In this document: positions 61,166 to 64,000 of the stretch, one piece after another
Layout: every line of letters starts with the position of its first letter
How positions within the stretch are numbered: position 1 is the stretch's first letter
Origin: an uncultured Acidobacteriota bacterium
Lineage (GTDB): Bacteria > Acidobacteriota > Blastocatellia > RBC074
Assembly: GCA_903862855.1 (NCBI GenBank)
Contig: CAIOZW010000017.1
Location: forward strand, 315-64,314
Reading direction: 5' to 3'
Length of the DNA stretch: 64,000 nt
Notes under the pieces: generated by a model
Told to the model about the DNA's origin: nothing
The model's database searches: none
The model's input: only the letters and a program-made list of their open reading frames with translations
Translations under genes and position numbers: made by a program

Positions 61166-62671
61166 TCAGATCAGTGAGGCAGCGTGGTTGAGTCGTTCAA
61201 TCGTCCGCCGCTGGCCGATCGCCACGAGCACCTCGAACATTCCTGGCCCAACCGCCTGCCCGGTCAGGGCCGTCCGCGCACCGTTGATCAGAAGACCTGC
61301 CTTGACCCCCTTCTCTTCGGCAAATGAGCGGAGTGCCGACTCGGTGGACTCGTGATCGAATTGCTCAAGTAGTGCAAAGCGTGTGGCCAGTTCCGGGAGA
61401 AGAGTCTTCAGCACCGGATCCTTGCGCAGATTCTTCGCCACGGCCGACTCCTCCCATTCAAAATCGAGACCATCGACGAGATAGGGGCGACCAAGAGTTG
61501 CAAAGTCGGTCAGCGAACGGTAGCGGTCACGCAGCAGGCCGATCGTCTGGCGAACCTCATCGCTCCGCTCGGTCTCGAAAGCTGGTTGCCAGATGCCCGC
61601 CCTCTCGAGTTCAGTCTTCACCAGCGGCATGAGCTCATCGATCGGCATCGCCTTGATATACTCGCCATTCATCCAGAGGGCCTTCTGATCGGTCCAGTTG
61701 CGCAGGTCCCCCTCGTTGAAGTTGAAGACGGCATTTGACTTGTGAATGCGATCGAGGGAGAAGAGCTCGATCAGTTCGGCGCGGGAGAAGATCTCGCGAT
61801 CCCGGTAGACTCCACTGTCCGGGGCCCACCCTAAAAGCGCCAGAAAATTGAGGAAGGCCTCAGGGATGAAGCCGCGATCACGATAGGCAGTGACACTGAC
61901 GATCTCACCATGCTTGCGCTTGGAGAGCTTCTCCTTGCTTGGTGCCAGAATCAGCGGCAGATGGGCAAACTGTGGAACCGGTTTCCCGAGCGCCTGGTAG
62001 ATCAGAATCTGCTTGTGCGTGTTCATGAGGTGATCCTGACCACGAACAACGTGGGTAATCCCCATATTGATATCATCGACAACTACGCAGAGATTATAGA
62101 GCGGATGACCATCACTTCGCAGCAGGACTAGATCCTCCAGTTCACGACACTCGCGATCCTGCTGTCCAAAAACGCTGTCAATGAAAGAGGTTCGCCCCTC
62201 CTGGGGCACCTTGAACCTGATGACGTGAGGTTCACCGTTTGCCGCCCTGGCATCCGATTCGGCCCGCGGCAGATCACGGAAGGGCCAGTAGGCCGGCGGT
62301 ACACCCTGCTGACGCGCCGCCTCGGCGACCTGCTGCTTGACTGCCGCGTCCGACCGCTCCTCTTTTGGCGTGAAGTCACGATAGGCCCATCCCGACTCGA
62401 GAAGCTGTCGAGCCGCCTGACGGTGCTGCTCGACGTAATCCGACTGATAGAATGGGCCCTCATCATAGTCGAGTCCGAGCCATTCCATTCCCTGGAGGAT
62501 CCCTTCGACCATCTCGTCGCTCGATCGCTGCAGATCGGTGTCTTCGATGCGGAGAATGAAGCGTCCACCCTGCTGACGGGCGAAGAGCCAGTTGAAGAGC
62601 GCGGTCCGGGCACCTCCGACGTGGAGGTAACCGGTTGGTGATGGGGCAAAACGTACTCTGATTTGTGTCAT
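61166..62671 (-). CDS. gltX: Glutamate--tRNA ligase
   Basis: MTQIRVRFAPSPTGYLHVGGARTALFNWLFAR (the HIGH region) and KLSKRK (KMSKS-type). Confidence 0.95.
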   Translation of the reverse strand: MTQIRVRFAPSPTGYLHVGGARTALFNWLFARQQGGRFILRIEDTDLQRSSDEMVEGILQGMEWLGLDYDEGPFYQSDYVEQHRQAARQLLESGWAYRDFTPKEERSDAAVKQQVAEAARQQGVPPAYWPFRDLPRAESDARAANGEPHVIRFKVPQEGRTSFIDSVFGQQDRECRELEDLVLLRSDGHPLYNLCVVVDDINMGITHVVRGQDHLMNTHKQILIYQALGKPVPQFAHLPLILAPSKEKLSKRKHGEIVSVTAYRDRGFIPEAFLNFLALLGWAPDSGVYRDREIFSRAELIELFSLDRIHKSNAVFNFNEGDLRNWTDQKALWMNGEYIKAMPIDELMPLVKTELERAGIWQPAFETERSDEVRQTIGLLRDRYRSLTDFATLGRPYLVDGLDFEWEESAVAKNLRKDPVLKTLLPELATRFALLEQFDHESTESALRSFAEEKGVKAGLLINGARTALTGQAVGPGMFEVLVAIGQRRTIERLNHAASLI

Positions 62672-62762
62672 GTCGATGGTCTATCCGTCCGGGTTAAATT
62701 TGGCCTGTATGAACAGGTAACCAGTCAATGCTTGAACTGGTCGATCAGAACGGGTCAATGAG

Positions 62763-63311
62763 TCAACTGGCAACCGGAACCGACCCCGCCAGGTTGCCAT
62801 TTAAGCCGCTGCGCATAACGGAGCGGATGGCAAATGACCGCTGGTCGATCGCCCGATCGGTAGCAAGAATCCCGTCAAGGTGGTCGATCTCGTGCTGCAG
62901 AAGCTCCGCCAGATCATCGCGCGCCGTCACCCGGCAGGTCTGCGCTCGGTCATCCTGATATTCAACCTCGATCTCGCGGTGGCGGACGACTCGTACGAGA
63001 AGATCCGGAAATGAGAAGCAGTCATCCCAGAGCTCGATCATCTCCTCACTGGCGCGAACAATGCGCGGATTGATGAGTGGGGCGGGACCAAAACTTCCGT
63101 CATTCATGTTGACAAAGAGGATCCGCGCTCCTACCCCGATCTGCGTGGCAGCGATCGCCCGCCCAAAACCCTGGCGCAGTCGAAAGTCGGCGAGCGTCTC
63201 ACCAAGGTCCTGCACAGTCTGCCGGATCTCGGCACGGGCCGGATCTTCGACCGGGACCGCCGGACGCCACAGGAACGGATCACCAAGCAGCAGGATTTCT
63301 CGAATCGCCAT
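62763..63311 (-). CDS. def: Peptide deformylase
   Basis: GRAIAATQIG (motif I), DDCFSFPD (an EGCLS variant), and HEIDHLDG (motif III). Confidence 0.9.
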   Translation of the reverse strand: MAIREILLLGDPFLWRPAVPVEDPARAEIRQTVQDLGETLADFRLRQGFGRAIAATQIGVGARILFVNMNDGSFGPAPLINPRIVRASEEMIELWDDCFSFPDLLVRVVRHREIEVEYQDDRAQTCRVTARDDLAELLQHEIDHLDGILATDRAIDQRSFAIRSVMRSGLNGNLAGSVPVAS

Positions 63312-63370
63312 GTGTTATTCTCACCCCCTGGTCAACTTCAAGCTTCAGGGAAGGAATACTATCAAACTTC

Positions 63371-64000
63371 GTGACAAGAGAAAATTCGATCCAACGACCG
63401 GAAACCATCCTCTTCGATTTTGACGGAACCCTCGTCAACACGACGCCACTGATCCTCAGATCTTTTCACGAGACCTGGCAGACCCATCTGGGTTTCAGCT
63501 TTGCCGACGAGATCTATATTGCGACCTTTGGGACCCATTTGCTGAACGCACTCGGTGATCTGCTCGACCTCGGGGTGAAGACGGGTCGACACCCGGCAGT
63601 CTCGGATCGCGAACAGCTCATTGTAGAGATGCTCAACACCTACCGAAGAATCAACCTCTACTGGCACGATTCGATGGTTGAGCCATTTCCTGGCATCGAC
63701 CAGATGCTCGAGCTTCTCCGAGCGAGAGGGCTGCGGATGGGTATCGTCTCATCAAAGATGCGAGCCGGGGTAGAGAGGGGTCTGCGTCTCTTCAGCCTTG
63801 GCGGATATTTTGAAGATATCATCGCGGCCGAGGATGTCTCCCGCCACAAACCCGATCCGGAGCCGATCTGCCTGGCCATGGAACGTCTCGGGGTCACGAC
63901 CGCAAAGACACTCTATCTTGGTGACAGCGTCCACGATATCCACGCTGGACGTGCCGCCCTGGTCCAGACCGCCGCGGCTGCCTGGGGACCTTTTCCACGG
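63371..64000 (+). CDS. HAD-superfamily hydrolase (phosphoglycolate-phosphatase-like), 3'-partial with a GTG start. It runs off the right edge.
   Basis: Hand translation gives ...ILFDFDGTLVNT (HAD motif I), GIVSSK (motif II), HKPDPEPI and LGDSVHDIHAGRAA (motifs III/IV). An AGGGAAGGA RBS is upstream. Confidence 0.7.
   Translation, partial: MTRENSIQRPETILFDFDGTLVNTTPLILRSFHETWQTHLGFSFADEIYIATFGTHLLNALGDLLDLGVKTGRHPAVSDREQLIVEMLNTYRRINLYWHDSMVEPFPGIDQMLELLRARGLRMGIVSSKMRAGVERGLRLFSLGGYFEDIIAAEDVSRHKPDPEPICLAMERLGVTTAKTLYLGDSVHDIHAGRAALVQTAAAAWGPFPR

Overview
This is a high-GC (about 60%, judged by eye) bacterial chromosomal segment. The gene content (Reg_prop/Y_Y_Y sensor kinase, many secreted beta-propeller and thiol-disulfide proteins, FtsX/MacB-type exporters) is compatible with Acidobacteriota or a similar Gram-negative soil lineage, but I cannot confirm the taxon.

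The window is densely coding on both strands. Two genes run off the edges and are missing from the supplied ORF track: a minus-strand secreted beta-propeller protein from 2187 to before position 1, and a plus-strand HAD hydrolase from 63371 to beyond 64000.

Recognisable housekeeping genes are uvrA, mobA, serC, miaA, gltX, def, rocA/pruA-type P5C dehydrogenase, etfB/etfA plus ETF-ubiquinone oxidoreductase, dsbD, a PpiD/SurA-like chaperone and dacB. They are interleaved with cell-envelope genes: a GT2-rfbF-rfbG CDP-hexose module, two GT4 glycosyltransferases, a prepilin peptidase, several TlpA-type thioredoxins, and M1 and M14-like peptidases.

The most unusual block is a tight minus-strand operon at 27024-35026. 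It reads LuxE/PaaK-like adenylate-forming acyl-protein synthetase, LuxC-like acyl-CoA reductase, GT4 glycosyltransferase, ABC ATPase, and a giant 1127-aa FtsX/MacB-type permease. A YhhQ-family transporter lies upstream of the operon. Facing it across a 680-bp AT-rich spacer that carries phased repeats is a low-GC orphan protein (26421-26891) built from an internal duplication.

Other points of interest:
- a Reg_prop sensor kinase and LuxR-type response regulator pair split by a 709-bp AT-rich spacer that contains perfect direct repeats;
- a PhoPQ-related (PqaA-like) gene inserted into the etf cluster;
- a GAATGGA heptanucleotide microsatellite just upstream of rocA;
- a low-GC islet (10419-11970) carrying an orphan secreted protein.

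I found no CRISPR array, rRNA or tRNA gene, and no obvious transposase or integrase.
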